Of a DNA stretch of 64,000 nucleotides, positions 38,101 to 46,766 are shown piece after piece. The first letter of the stretch is position 1. Each line of letters starts with the position of its first letter. The DNA is taken from IMG/VR virus record IMGVR_UViG_3300030419_003532, positions 588-64,587 of that record; one strand, written 5' to 3'. Source of the DNA: a virus (Duplodnaviria; Caudoviricetes). Made by a program: the position numbers and the translations under genes. The notes under the pieces were generated by a model, which was given only the letters and a program-made list of their open reading frames with translations, was not told where the DNA came from and ran no database searches.

Positions 38101-41100
38101 TATATAAAAGGCTCAGATTATTTGAGTAAAGGAGTTAAAAAATCTGTATTAGAAGAAGCTGTTAAAATAAAAACTTCTCAACAATTAGATAGATTTATAT
38201 CTAATGTTGAAGAGATGTCTGAAGCTCAATCTTTATCATCTAATATATCTCATGTAAATAATTTAGGTAAAAAAGTAAAAAAGAAACAATCTAAAGGTCT
38301 TTATGGGGACAAAAGTAAACTTGTTGAAGAGTTTTTAAATAAAGATTTTTCACAGATAACAGACCCTGCTCTTGTAGCTGAAGTTAATAATATTTTAGTT
38401 GATTTAAATAGACGTAAACAGCCTCTTGTAAACCCTAAAGAAATTGAGGTTCTTACAGAAAAATTAGATAATGTTATTGGTACTATAGAGGCTTCTCAAC
38501 CTAAAATTCAAGGAGTTGAAAAGCTGAATACACGGATGGAAAAGATAGAATCAACATTAAAAGATGCAAAATTTGACGTAACATCTACAGAAGGGGCTAA
38601 TGAAGTTATATCTTTAGGTAGAAGTATAGAAGCGTTAAAAAAATCTCTTTATTTATCAGAAACTGAAGGTAAGATAAGCCTTGCTGAATCTCAGAAAATA
38701 CAAGAAAAAATTATTAAATTATCATCTAAGATACAAGGAAAGGTTACTGAGTTTAATACAGAGCGATTTAACCTATCAAAAAATATATTAAAAAATTCTG
38801 ATTTAAGCTCTTATAATAAATATCAAAGAGAAATAATAGAGAAGCTTAAAGAAGTTGATTTTGTTGATAATATTGGGTATAATGACAATATGTATATTGC
38901 TTCTATAAATATATCAAATGGATTCCCTCCTATTAATAATATAAGCAAACTATTAGTTGAAGCTAATAATGGAAGACACGGAAATAATCTATCAGATTTA
39001 TTATCTGAAAGAATAGATAAATGGGCTGGTAAGAAAAAGTATGGTGTTGGGAAAACAGGTTTATGGAGTATGATTCCAACAAATTCTAAATTATTACAAG
39101 AAAGGATGGGGTATAGGCCTTTATCTTTAATTTCTGAATTTTTTAGAGCTGAAGCTGATGTTGAGCATGCTGGGTTAATAGATAAAGCTATTATTGCTCC
39201 TCTTACTAGAAGTTTTTCTAGACATGCAAAAGGGGTTAGAATGGATATAAATGAATGGCAAAATATTTATTCCTCTAAATTAGATAAGGTTTCAAATTGG
39301 ATGATGGATGAAACATCAGGAAGAATACTAGCGATTCCTTTTACTCAAAAATTAAATCCTCTTTATCATAAAAAGCAAAGTTCTGATAATAAGATAGGGG
39401 TTATATTAGCTCAGATAGAAAGAAACTCTCATGATGGTCAGAATGTTTTAAAAACTATAATAGAAAATAAAAGTTTATTTAATCATTATAGTAAATCAGA
39501 GCAATTATATTTAAAAACTATATATAAAAATCTTCCTAAAAAAACAGTTGATGGTAAGGAAGTGATAGATATTGATGCTGCTATTAAAGGATTGACTAAA
39601 AGAGAGAAAAAAATTCTTGATAAATTTAGAGAGTTTACAGATAATGTTTTAAGTCCTAAACAGCAGCTTGCAAATGAATTACGTGGTATTCCTTTTGAAG
39701 TAGTAGAAAATTACTTTCCTCATATATTAAAACCAGGACAGAAAGCTCCTGTTGTTGCTACAGAATTTGAACAATGGGCTGAAAATATTTTTATTAATAA
39801 CAGTAAGATACAGTCTGATGCTGGTAAACAAAGAACTTCTACTGATATTTTAGCTTATGAATTTAATGTTAATAAAGTTATGATGGATAGAATTATGCAG
39901 GTGAATCGTGATTATTATTTAACACAAACTATAAATGAAGTTCGTGAGTTAATAAATAATGGAAAATTAAATAGCGGAAAAGATTATCATATGTATTTTG
40001 ATGCTTTATCTAACAGAATGAGAGAAGCTGTAGAATTAGATTTACATAGAAGCTCTAGCTTAATAAATCAAGAGCTTTTATCTCCTTTTATGACTGCTAC
40101 TTATAGTACAAAATTATTAAGACCAGGGAGGTTGGCTGGTGAGGCTGTTAGTGAAACTATAAGGGTTGGAATAGGAGCTTCAGAAAGACCTTTTCAAGAT
40201 TTGCCTAATTCTTTTAAATCTGTAGCTGATAGAGCTGAAACAAATATTTATAATTCTACAAAAATTGCTGAAGATTTATATCTAAAAACATTTTCACAAA
40301 ATAGTGGTAAAAATATTGGTAAAGAAAATATGAATACCGTATTAAACGAAATTTTAAAAATGACAGATAGTCCATTTATACATAGGTATTCAAGATGGGA
40401 TGTTGAATTTGGAAAAGAAGTTGGGAGAGAGAAGGGTTATTTAAATAAATTTAGTAATTGGGGATTAAGTCTTGTAGATAGAAATACATTATTTATGGCT
40501 TATATGCCTGCCTTTAATAAAGAGTTTAAAAGCATAACTGGAAAAGAATTTGATTATTCTGCATTTAGAGACCCTAAATATAAAGAAACTCATAAACAAG
40601 CAATATTAGATGCTGCAGCTATTGGGGATAGAGCTGCTGCACAATGGAAGAATATTGCTGTAAAGGGAGCTGCTCCTTCAAAAATACGTACTCCTTTATC
40701 TTTATTTGATTTAGCTGGAGTAAAGAGAACTAGCGAATGGGCTCCTGTTTTAACCTATATGAGTTCTTTTGGTGCTCTAGAGACAGCTATGTATCAAAAA
40801 TCAATTAGAGATGTTATGAGTGGAGAAAGTGCAAATACTAAAGCCTTAGGAGGTAAGAGGGCTGTTGCTATTCTTGGTGCTGGGATAACGTATGGTACTA
40901 TTATTGGCCTTGAAATAGCATGGGGTAAACATCTTATGGATAGGCATATAATAGAGACAAGCGATGAGTATGACGCTATGAATAAGTATGACAAAGAACA
41001 AGCTTTAAAAGCAGTTGATGACGAGTGGAATGAATATGTAGACGGGGTTTTTAAGGTTAGTGGATTAAAAAAGCAGATAGTTTCTAATACTGCCTTTTTA

Positions 41101-41691
41101 GTTAACTCTAAATATTCTCAAGCTATGCGTATGTCTTTAGTGGGATTTGGAGGAGCATATCAGCAGTGGTTAAAATCTGATGAATCTACTAGAGAATTTG
41201 ATAAATCTGCTTTAGTAGAAGAGAGTGAGGCTACAAAACAATGGCTTTCAGAAATTATGGGAGAAGATGGTAATAATGTAGACGCACTTCTTAGAGGGGG
41301 TATATACGCAAAGCCTGCTGCAGATGTAGGAGGTGTAGCAGAACAAATGCTTCCTCATATAGATATGGCTATGGAAGTTATGATTAAAGACTTTCCTAAA
41401 GATTTCTGGGAATGGTATCAAGAAGGTCATCATGACCAGCTTGAAGGAGCTGCTTTAACACATGCTAAATACAGAGATGAATTACAGTTTGCTAACTTGG
41501 TTCAGCAAGGAATAAGAATGTATTTTATGTTTAGAGGAACAGCAGTGCCTGGAGACAGATATGTATCAACATATTATAAAGAAATGATGAAAAGATACAA
41601 CTATCCTACAGTACCATATTTTAAAATGAAAGGAGAGGGACATGGAGAACCTGCAGGTTTTGGTAAACCAAAGGGTCATGGTAAAAGATAA
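32122..41691 (+). CDS. Giant internal virion polyvalent protein (3189 aa)
   Basis: Lysozyme-like segment (IIRSE...SSAVGPYQI), hydrophobic segments, zincin HEAGH, DUF3293-like segment (ITAQNP...EN..RN...EDSF...FGQESV). Confidence 0.7.
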   Translation: MLVEEQKYANVSEGIKSIFQLNKKEEDEGDVKNEKYNKDVDITSLSDSDLTPLQFAAKELALTMSDKPDITDEEIFELFPEFNNNPDILKSAKSMAFTFGGDALKKKDTTVVSEDSSEDVENLESETPSTSKDRQTLDNITSKWPALKNLGDIVLNPDESYDMSEYGAGFIEYQSPEQGAVTYAEGVTLEHPSPGNHAITYNPNKTNEQSIKLDMLHAMHSIPEYKGLYDEFATSFKSSKFEGEIKRSYKASKAEGYKDSYEVFETNFIDGIIRNLLFEGTPEDFKKHKYWDKASEVYLSDENIKSSFNELKTYLETGGEETEKVEFSEKDLKRAQSYIDKDFAADETVNKEAYDYLLSQQKPQKEIIPEIPSDFDSDVFKQGIIRSEATGYLTGTPDNLDDKDYSISSKHSSAVGPYQIRYNEFKDILKDKWGIKSKKEFIGNKKVQEEFMSYMLENKPGRYTYMANRIQKDYSEYIPKDMSYQDLVSLQHFIGHGNSRKLFAKVRDNKDFNSEDVYDFIPKGKNMSVGDYLKKMSVPKKSKEKEEPTGMLDKYGNYINPLDDPNLTAGGDDAVQAYVNSQIDDDEEEEKKKKKKSGIRYVEVLDADGTPIKIPEGRPGQSSEEYRKELNEAFESLANSETIEENNRIKKSLGYNIIDRAKEHGTTITAEEFQIVLGDAYQKFEESRLETYQKVIESIDNNKDMNPLNKGFIANVTELVKTEHLYTLHKALMERNIDLHPSQIDSERLKILPHVLHHYYSKLGEGDAYQEFVKYIEEKGGLEEIHKLNVEAWRSAIGGEQMVISNELMGGGVIEDAFGDIKDMTPAERSKYIINAAHHILEREKYDDIPESWISEVANVIANKYHKESPEYKDIEEEARVAALAVYNEENNTDYDTPGVEIQGFQQTIMELNESDLTVQEKVNIIKDKHNIIVKANGAWKWTDDYKNVLNDVIQKSDDKVWKKYVKDNGMEKFHLAEVFENSLAGQLFTLFIDRPINPEWGVEYSELENFIIGVGSVAFDLAIPVIGSGVGKVKSVKIAQQRAWLNEQKLIKIQQFRNQGMKGKQLQNAIIRADLAMEAQLAKYATKTGYYSSAATLGTWFAAMDMTAQYKETHDVTEIHYSDVLLEGAKGGVLGPVTFGIARGTQRINKYVKDRGLPLIIEKPLLGYTWFQGVAVEAGAFMTAESIAHGTAPSFELYKDNLAFILGLRFAKMPFTLAQHEAWDFKKSNKGPYSFKLTEAEREYMGIDSKLNDAQVYNALVREMNKSEKSAEAMMNIMPMSVLSKYIWANVGGKINLSNPLDAVGVEYRSVEGKPNVVEAVNSQGEVLFVERFKSEKEVIEYINKKNTEAPGVIAREILEKDVLTIESKAKLKAALDKLGVTRERAEEILNQEKKNPEEQVVSDAVSEAVKNVYAEQKTKQDKQQKEFDDAIREEAVKVLEKNNITKENPNWDELLAKEILTQTEKALKQAEVIQTEKLNKAAEILLEQEQKEAAGIKETDNWMIRVNLALGKKPEAPIEVTADNIKILRESAITDNQKAAVEDIIKATESLKNLKGKVIVHTDNASYQQVLDAVEKGNIANVTGGHRNLKTGDIHYNLNAVNKWTATHEAGHAWTETIREKNPEKYQKIEDKVYELIKDTPEYAGILDFISTKTEGGEFVYKTEQQQKNEALVEFSARVAKGDYKIKENNKFVNKAKIQLNKLMESIGVEYRFATNDEVISFVNKISKQVGKGKVLEEQVLIEGFKDEANLTRREEVSKDMPKNQLRVNQSKKQFEKEIKDIIEKKKGSFANITAQNPGAKELSPAENAERNKKLYSRLVEMGYKPILIQGKHGVAEDSFYVKGITIKDAVKLGKEFGQESVAHSEGLLYTSGKNEGKMQKSTGKVEFNQDVKDYYSIIETKEGGYKYQIGYEESFENIPYEQVRGEYTYSSMVRGEKAGRKESDFNAGIESIKEGYSDNIMSIEKKYGTSIPGDKQKNKEIKRVKKDLIKYIKGSDYLSKGVKKSVLEEAVKIKTSQQLDRFISNVEEMSEAQSLSSNISHVNNLGKKVKKKQSKGLYGDKSKLVEEFLNKDFSQITDPALVAEVNNILVDLNRRKQPLVNPKEIEVLTEKLDNVIGTIEASQPKIQGVEKLNTRMEKIESTLKDAKFDVTSTEGANEVISLGRSIEALKKSLYLSETEGKISLAESQKIQEKIIKLSSKIQGKVTEFNTERFNLSKNILKNSDLSSYNKYQREIIEKLKEVDFVDNIGYNDNMYIASINISNGFPPINNISKLLVEANNGRHGNNLSDLLSERIDKWAGKKKYGVGKTGLWSMIPTNSKLLQERMGYRPLSLISEFFRAEADVEHAGLIDKAIIAPLTRSFSRHAKGVRMDINEWQNIYSSKLDKVSNWMMDETSGRILAIPFTQKLNPLYHKKQSSDNKIGVILAQIERNSHDGQNVLKTIIENKSLFNHYSKSEQLYLKTIYKNLPKKTVDGKEVIDIDAAIKGLTKREKKILDKFREFTDNVLSPKQQLANELRGIPFEVVENYFPHILKPGQKAPVVATEFEQWAENIFINNSKIQSDAGKQRTSTDILAYEFNVNKVMMDRIMQVNRDYYLTQTINEVRELINNGKLNSGKDYHMYFDALSNRMREAVELDLHRSSSLINQELLSPFMTATYSTKLLRPGRLAGEAVSETIRVGIGASERPFQDLPNSFKSVADRAETNIYNSTKIAEDLYLKTFSQNSGKNIGKENMNTVLNEILKMTDSPFIHRYSRWDVEFGKEVGREKGYLNKFSNWGLSLVDRNTLFMAYMPAFNKEFKSITGKEFDYSAFRDPKYKETHKQAILDAAAIGDRAAAQWKNIAVKGAAPSKIRTPLSLFDLAGVKRTSEWAPVLTYMSSFGALETAMYQKSIRDVMSGESANTKALGGKRAVAILGAGITYGTIIGLEIAWGKHLMDRHIIETSDEYDAMNKYDKEQALKAVDDEWNEYVDGVFKVSGLKKQIVSNTAFLVNSKYSQAMRMSLVGFGGAYQQWLKSDESTREFDKSALVEESEATKQWLSEIMGEDGNNVDALLRGGIYAKPAADVGGVAEQMLPHIDMAMEVMIKDFPKDFWEWYQEGHHDQLEGAALTHAKYRDELQFANLVQQGIRMYFMFRGTAVPGDRYVSTYYKEMMKRYNYPTVPYFKMKGEGHGEPAGFGKPKGHGKR

Positions 41692-41737
41692 TTAAATCAT
41701 GATGATAGTGATTTGAATAAAATAATTAACATAGAAC

Positions 41738-41768
41738 TTGTTAATAAGAATAAAAAACATTATATTTG
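41738..41768 (+). promoter_or_regulatory. SigmaA-type promoter
   Basis: TTG 41738-41740 + 20 nt + TATATTTG 41761-41768. Confidence 0.7.
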
Positions 41769-41790
41769 TAACTAATAAAAATTTAAAAAA

Positions 41791-42450
41791 ATGAATCAAA
41801 CGGATTATTTAGCATTAGGGATGGGAGGGCCTACCTTGCTAATGCACGATGGAGACGCATGTGCTCAAATAAGAGGGTTTGCAGTTCAAGCTTTAGAAGA
41901 CTGTGTATTTTCTGAATTTAGTTTAAACACATTTCCATTTGTGACTTATGATGGTCAACCAGACTACATAGAATCTTCAACACACGGAAGTGATTTAGTA
42001 ACTTTAACTGCACATCAATTTAAAACAGGAGACAAAGTTGTTGTTTCTACAAATGGTAAAGCTTCTTTGCCTAACGGATTATCTGATGACCAGATATATT
42101 ATATAATAAAAGCTTCTGATGACACAGTTAAGTTTGCTTTATCTTATGCTAATGCAATTGCAGGAACCGTTGTAGCTACGTCAAGTGATGGAAGTAGTAT
42201 TACAAATGCTACTATACAAAAAGTAACTGACGAAAATTTAGCTACTCATCGTAGTAATACAAAACAAGCTACATTTACTATATCAGGAGGTAGTGCTTTA
42301 GAGATAACTAAACATGTAGATGGTAATACAGATATGTTTGACACAGATGGAGCTGAAGATGTAAAACTTCCTAAAGGCATGACTGTATATTTACCTGTAT
42401 GGGCTATTACCCTTACTACTGGTGCTTGTATAGTTTATACTAGAAAATAA
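41791..42450 (+). CDS. Probable tail-associated protein with FCCH-like insert
   Basis: AHQFKTGDKV...GL....YYIIK....KFALS. Confidence 0.55.
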   Translation: MNQTDYLALGMGGPTLLMHDGDACAQIRGFAVQALEDCVFSEFSLNTFPFVTYDGQPDYIESSTHGSDLVTLTAHQFKTGDKVVVSTNGKASLPNGLSDDQIYYIIKASDDTVKFALSYANAIAGTVVATSSDGSSITNATIQKVTDENLATHRSNTKQATFTISGGSALEITKHVDGNTDMFDTDGAEDVKLPKGMTVYLPVWAITLTTGACIVYTRK

Positions 42451-42451
42451 A

Positions 42452-42730
42452 ATGGGAGGAAGTCTAGGGTTAGGATTAGGTTTTGAAGAGCATAATGTTG
42501 CTTCTGATGCGGCAGCAGCAATTATAGACGGTTCTTGCTTCTGGATTAAAACAGGTACGGGAGCTAGTGCAGAATTAAAACCTTATGAGAAAGGAACTGT
42601 AACTGACTATAATTTGATATGGGATTTAGATGTTAGTCCAGGACTTAATAATTATATGCCTGAGTCATCTCCTGCCACAGATTGTAACTGGGAAAAAGAC
42701 GGCTCAAATATAATGCCTATAAGCACTTAA
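42452..42730 (+). CDS. Small probable structural protein
   Basis: LGLGLG N-terminus typical of fibre-associated proteins. Confidence 0.5.
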   Translation: MGGSLGLGLGFEEHNVASDAAAAIIDGSCFWIKTGTGASAELKPYEKGTVTDYNLIWDLDVSPGLNNYMPESSPATDCNWEKDGSNIMPIST

Positions 42731-42756
42731 TATGCCGTGGGATTCCCATAAATAAA
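42731..42756 (+). repeat. Dispersed 26-nt element TATGCCGTGGSATTSCCATAAATAAA (copy 1)
   Basis: 24/26 identical to the minus-strand copy at 61216-61241; degenerate copy at ~700-733. Confidence 0.75.
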
Positions 42757-42783
42757 TAACTAAATAAATTAAATTTAAGAAAA

Positions 42784-42999
42784 ATGGCAAAAGAAAATAA
42801 TGTTGAAATAGACAAAAACGCAAAAATAGAAAAGAAACCTATTAGTCTTGAAGAGAAAAGACTTATAGAACTAAGAAATAAAATGTCTGAAAAGATAGAG
42901 GATGTACAAGATTTAGACGAATATGTAAAAATATATATGACATTAGTATTAAGTTATGCATCTACATTAAATATAAATTTTGATAATTTAAAAGAATAA
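42784..42999 (+). CDS. Hypothetical protein
   Basis: ORF track; A-rich leader. Confidence 0.55.
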   Translation: MAKENNVEIDKNAKIEKKPISLEEKRLIELRNKMSEKIEDVQDLDEYVKIYMTLVLSYASTLNINFDNLKE

Positions 43000-43003
43000 A
43001 ATT

Positions 43004-43927
43004 ATGGCAACACCAAATATAGTACCTAGAAACGATGGAGAAGGGGGTTTAGGAACCGCAGCAAAAGGTTGGGGCGGTGCCTTTATAACAAATAAAACAG
43101 CAAGTAGTGCTACTGAAGGTGGTAAATTAGTATTAGCAGCTGATGACGGTGCGACAATAGCACAAAACCATAGGTTAGGAGTTATAGAATTTAAAGGAGC
43201 TGAAGATTCTAGTAGCAACCTAACTGTAGGAGCAAGAATTGAGGCTATTGTTCATGATGATTGGTCTCCCTCATCAAATAATTGTAATTTAGATTTTTAT
43301 ACCACATCTGGAAATGCATCAGAAGCTAAAGTGTTAAGATTAGATAAAGATAAATTAGCTACATTTGAAGGGGCTGTAAAGGCTAGTAATGATTCTGTAA
43401 CTGGAAGAAATTACAGGACAATATATGTGGATGCAGGAGCAATGGTTCCTACAGAAACAAACGGAGCTCAAGCTGGTACAGAAGAGCTAGCAACTAATGA
43501 TGTTATGGTTGATTACTTTGCTTTTGATGCAAGTACAGATGAGAAAGTGCAATTTAAAATGGTTATGCCTGAGCAATGGGACAATGGAACTATTAAGGCT
43601 AAATTTTATTGGAAATCGTCAAATACAGATACAGGAACCGTTGCTTGGTTTATACAAGCTGTAGCACATGCAGATAGTGCAGTTTTAGATACAGCTTTTG
43701 GTACTGCCGTAACAGCAACAGCTGATGCAGGTAGTGGTACAGATAATGATTTACATATAACAGCTGCTTCTGCCGCTATGACTGTAGCTGGTAGTCCAGC
43801 GGAAGGCGAGATGGTAATGTTTCAGATATATAGAGATGTTAGTGCTGATAATTATAATGCAGACGCTCACTTGTTAGGTGTAAACCTACAATATAGAGAA
43901 TCAGCAACAGCAAGTGCTGCTTGGTAA
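43004..43927 (+). CDS. Tail fibre/spike-like protein
   Basis: NIVPR..EGGLGT..K.W fibre N-terminus; beta-sandwich C-terminus. Confidence 0.6.
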   Translation: MATPNIVPRNDGEGGLGTAAKGWGGAFITNKTASSATEGGKLVLAADDGATIAQNHRLGVIEFKGAEDSSSNLTVGARIEAIVHDDWSPSSNNCNLDFYTTSGNASEAKVLRLDKDKLATFEGAVKASNDSVTGRNYRTIYVDAGAMVPTETNGAQAGTEELATNDVMVDYFAFDASTDEKVQFKMVMPEQWDNGTIKAKFYWKSSNTDTGTVAWFIQAVAHADSAVLDTAFGTAVTATADAGSGTDNDLHITAASAAMTVAGSPAEGEMVMFQIYRDVSADNYNADAHLLGVNLQYRESATASAAW

Positions 43928-43939
43928 TAAATAAATAAC

Positions 43940-44755
43940 ATGCATACAGGAAGACATAGATATAGAACTCATGCTGGTATACCTCATGGAAGTACTGTAA
44001 ATGCTGGTACAGATTTAGAAATATGTTATTTGTGGAAACAAGCAGTGACATATGCAGGGGCAGAACATACTACTGAAGAAGATGAAAGTGCTACAGTAAA
44101 TTTGGTTTCTTTATGGCGAGACAGTGGTGCTAACGGTAATAATGCGTCACAAGAAACTGATGAGGTAAAACCTGTGTATCAAAGCGATGGAGGTATAGAT
44201 TTTCAGAATAAAGGGGATAACGCTAGTTATGCAGATGAAATGGAATTTACTAAATTTAATACCGCTGCCAATACAGACTTTATTTCTTTTATAGTATGTA
44301 GTTTAGGTAATGTAGCTACATCTTGTTATTTATCAGATGGTGGGGCAGAGGTATTACAATATACCAGTGCAACTCAACATCAGTTTAAAACAAGTTCTAC
44401 AAGTAATATGACTCATGGCGGAGGAACAGTTAGTGGAGGAAGTTTATTTCAACATACAGCCGATGAAAAACATCTTATGGTTGTACATAGAACAAATGGA
44501 AGTACTGGGACTATGAAGATATATAAAAACGGAATAGTTTGTAATGGACATAATAATAACGGAACTACAAATGCAAATGCTTTTGATTTGAAATGGTTAG
44601 GGGCAAAAAATAGTGCTTCAAACTGGTTTGACGGAGTAATGTATGATGTAATTTTTATAAACGGAAATTCAGCAACCGATAGGAATAGAGAGTTAATAAC
44701 AAATTATTTATTAACAAAACATGGTATAGAGTTTCAAAGTAATTCTGACGCTTAA
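43940..44755 (+). CDS. Concanavalin A/LamG-like lectin domain protein (receptor-binding candidate)
   Basis: VSLWRD.SG.N...KIYKNG...LG...WFDG.MYDVI...YL..KHG. Confidence 0.6.
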   Translation: MHTGRHRYRTHAGIPHGSTVNAGTDLEICYLWKQAVTYAGAEHTTEEDESATVNLVSLWRDSGANGNNASQETDEVKPVYQSDGGIDFQNKGDNASYADEMEFTKFNTAANTDFISFIVCSLGNVATSCYLSDGGAEVLQYTSATQHQFKTSSTSNMTHGGGTVSGGSLFQHTADEKHLMVVHRTNGSTGTMKIYKNGIVCNGHNNNGTTNANAFDLKWLGAKNSASNWFDGVMYDVIFINGNSATDRNRELITNYLLTKHGIEFQSNSDA

Positions 44756-44766
44756 AAAACAAGGTT

Positions 44767-45825
44767 ATGATTAGGGGATTAATCTTAATAATTTTCATTT
44801 TTATATCCTTTTCTGGAAAGGCACAATTTGATTTAAAAGAATTTTACAAAAAAACATTTAAGTTTTCTACTTTTTATGGAGCTGTAAGTGGAGGTACTTC
44901 AATTTCAGATGAAGAAGTTTTTAACGTTTCTACGGGGTTACTAGAGCAGAGTAGTATACAGACACCTTTTGACTATAATATTGCTTTAGGAGTGCGGAAA
45001 ATAGCTAGATTCGGCTACGAGAACAAAGCAAACACCTTTTATGATGGTACAGAGTCAACATATAGTGATGCTGCTACTATTGGTAAAGTTAAAGGGTTTG
45101 AATTTTTATTTGAATACAACTATAAAAGACAGGAGGGGGTTAACTACTTAGACCAGAATCATTTTCTTAGATATGTAGGTAAAAATTACATACTAAAAGG
45201 AGAGTATGTAGAGGATGGTTTTGCAGATATAAAATACTTTGAAACTTCTCAAAGATATAGATATAATAAAAATAATAAACTTTCATTTAATATAGGGGCT
45301 GTTCAAAGAATGTCAGAACCTTATGGTTACGACCCTTTAGAGGAATGGCTACTTTCAAACGGTAGCTTGCATTACACTTATTTAGCAATACAAGAAGGTT
45401 ATACTATAGATGTCGCTAAAAGCGAATATAAAAACCCACAAGGAGAGATTGTGGCTACTAGCGTAGAAGTTTGGGAAGCTGTGGTGATACCAGAAGTATT
45501 GGCAGATTATGTAGAGAAGAAAAGAGATGAATTAGATAGGAAGATGCTCCAGTCTTTTGTTGTGGGTTTTGATTTCTATCATTATAAAAAAGATTTTTGG
45601 TTACACTCTTGGGGTAGTCTTATGCCTTGGCATTATGATGATGGAGGCAGTTATTCTTATCATAATTACAACAACGGAGAGCAGTGGTATGACTATTCTG
45701 GAGGTTTAATATTTGGATATAAAGTAACTAAAAATTTAGGTACATTTATAGAGGGAAAATATAATAAATATTGGAATCGTGAATGGTACGATTTTAAATT
45801 TGGTGTTAACTATATTATACTATGA
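44767..45825 (+). CDS. Outer-membrane beta-barrel protein
   Basis: Signal peptide (…GKA/QF), Tyr/Phe/Trp-rich alternating strands, terminal strand YDFKFGVNYII. Confidence 0.65.
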   Translation: MIRGLILIIFIFISFSGKAQFDLKEFYKKTFKFSTFYGAVSGGTSISDEEVFNVSTGLLEQSSIQTPFDYNIALGVRKIARFGYENKANTFYDGTESTYSDAATIGKVKGFEFLFEYNYKRQEGVNYLDQNHFLRYVGKNYILKGEYVEDGFADIKYFETSQRYRYNKNNKLSFNIGAVQRMSEPYGYDPLEEWLLSNGSLHYTYLAIQEGYTIDVAKSEYKNPQGEIVATSVEVWEAVVIPEVLADYVEKKRDELDRKMLQSFVVGFDFYHYKKDFWLHSWGSLMPWHYDDGGSYSYHNYNNGEQWYDYSGGLIFGYKVTKNLGTFIEGKYNKYWNREWYDFKFGVNYIIL

Positions 45826-46031
45826 ACATAACTAACGAGCAACTACATCAAGAAATGCTTATTATGAAGCAGGATTTAAGAGAGATTAAAAAGAAACTTT
45901 TAGACCCAGATGATGGTGCAGTTGCTAGAGTAAATAGAAACACATCATTTAGAAAAGGAGCTCAAAAGACCTTGTGGTCTATATGGCTTGCAATTATAGG
46001 AATATTAGGTAAATTATTATTTTTTGATTAA
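45822..46031 (+). CDS. Coiled-coil protein with C-terminal TM helix
   Basis: Heptad N-terminus, hydrophobic C-terminus. Confidence 0.6.
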   Translation: MNITNEQLHQEMLIMKQDLREIKKKLLDPDDGAVARVNRNTSFRKGAQKTLWSIWLAIIGILGKLLFFD

Positions 46032-46032
46032 G

Positions 46033-46308
46033 ATGGCGAAAGAATTAAACGAAGATACAAGTTTTAAATTAAGTATAAAAACACTTATTGCAATTGGATT
46101 TGCTATGGCAACTCTTATTAGTATGTATTTTATGTTGCAATCTGATATAGAAGAAGCTAAAGAGCTTCCAAAACCAGATGTAACTAGAATGGAGTTTAAT
46201 ATGAAAGATGTTAATATACGTCAATCTATTGAGCATACAGAGAAAGCTGTTGATGAGATTAAAGAAGATTTGAAAAGAATGGAGGATAAAATAGACGATT
46301 TGAGATGA
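46033..46308 (+). CDS. Membrane-anchored coiled-coil protein
   Basis: TM at the N-terminus, then coiled coil; ATG start at MAKEL. Confidence 0.6.
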   Translation: MAKELNEDTSFKLSIKTLIAIGFAMATLISMYFMLQSDIEEAKELPKPDVTRMEFNMKDVNIRQSIEHTEKAVDEIKEDLKRMEDKIDDLR

Positions 46309-46655
46309 AAGAAACTTGGAGAGTATTTAGTGTGTATATGTTGATTTTAATATTAATGTTATTTTGTGGAATAACTTTTGGACAGGTTAAGGTAGTACAA
46401 TACAATGCGGATTGGAATAATGCAAACAAAGTTGAATGGTTAAATAAATTAACAGACTGCAGTATAAAATATATAGATATAACAGAAAAACCTGAAGCAC
46501 AAAAAAAATATGAAATAGTAGTTGTACCGACAATTATTGTTTTTAAAGACGGAGAGGAAGTTAAAAGATTCCAAGCAGACATATCTTTTAGTATAAAAGC
46601 TAAATTAGAAGATGTACAAGAAATTATTGACGAACAATTAATGAGTGATTTTTAA
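46305..46655 (+). CDS. Exported thioredoxin-fold protein lacking CxxC
   Basis: Signal/TM; VVQYNADWN in place of F.A.WCxxC; YEIVVVPTIIVFKDGEEVKRF cis-Pro motif. Confidence 0.7.
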   Translation: MKETWRVFSVYMLILILMLFCGITFGQVKVVQYNADWNNANKVEWLNKLTDCSIKYIDITEKPEAQKKYEIVVVPTIIVFKDGEEVKRFQADISFSIKAKLEDVQEIIDEQLMSDF

Positions 46656-46766
46656 ATGAAAAAAATATTATTTATATTAATATTAGTTTTAACAAGTTGC
46701 TCATTACAAAAACAGACCTGCAACAAAGAAACAAAAAAATGTTGTGAAAAAAAAGAATTAAAATGA
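46656..46766 (+). CDS. Small lipoprotein, 36 aa (MKKILFILILVLTS/CSLQKQTCNKETKKCCEKKELK)
   Basis: Hand translation; lipobox LTSC; abuts both neighbours. Confidence 0.65.
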   Translation: MKKILFILILVLTSCSLQKQTCNKETKKCCEKKELK

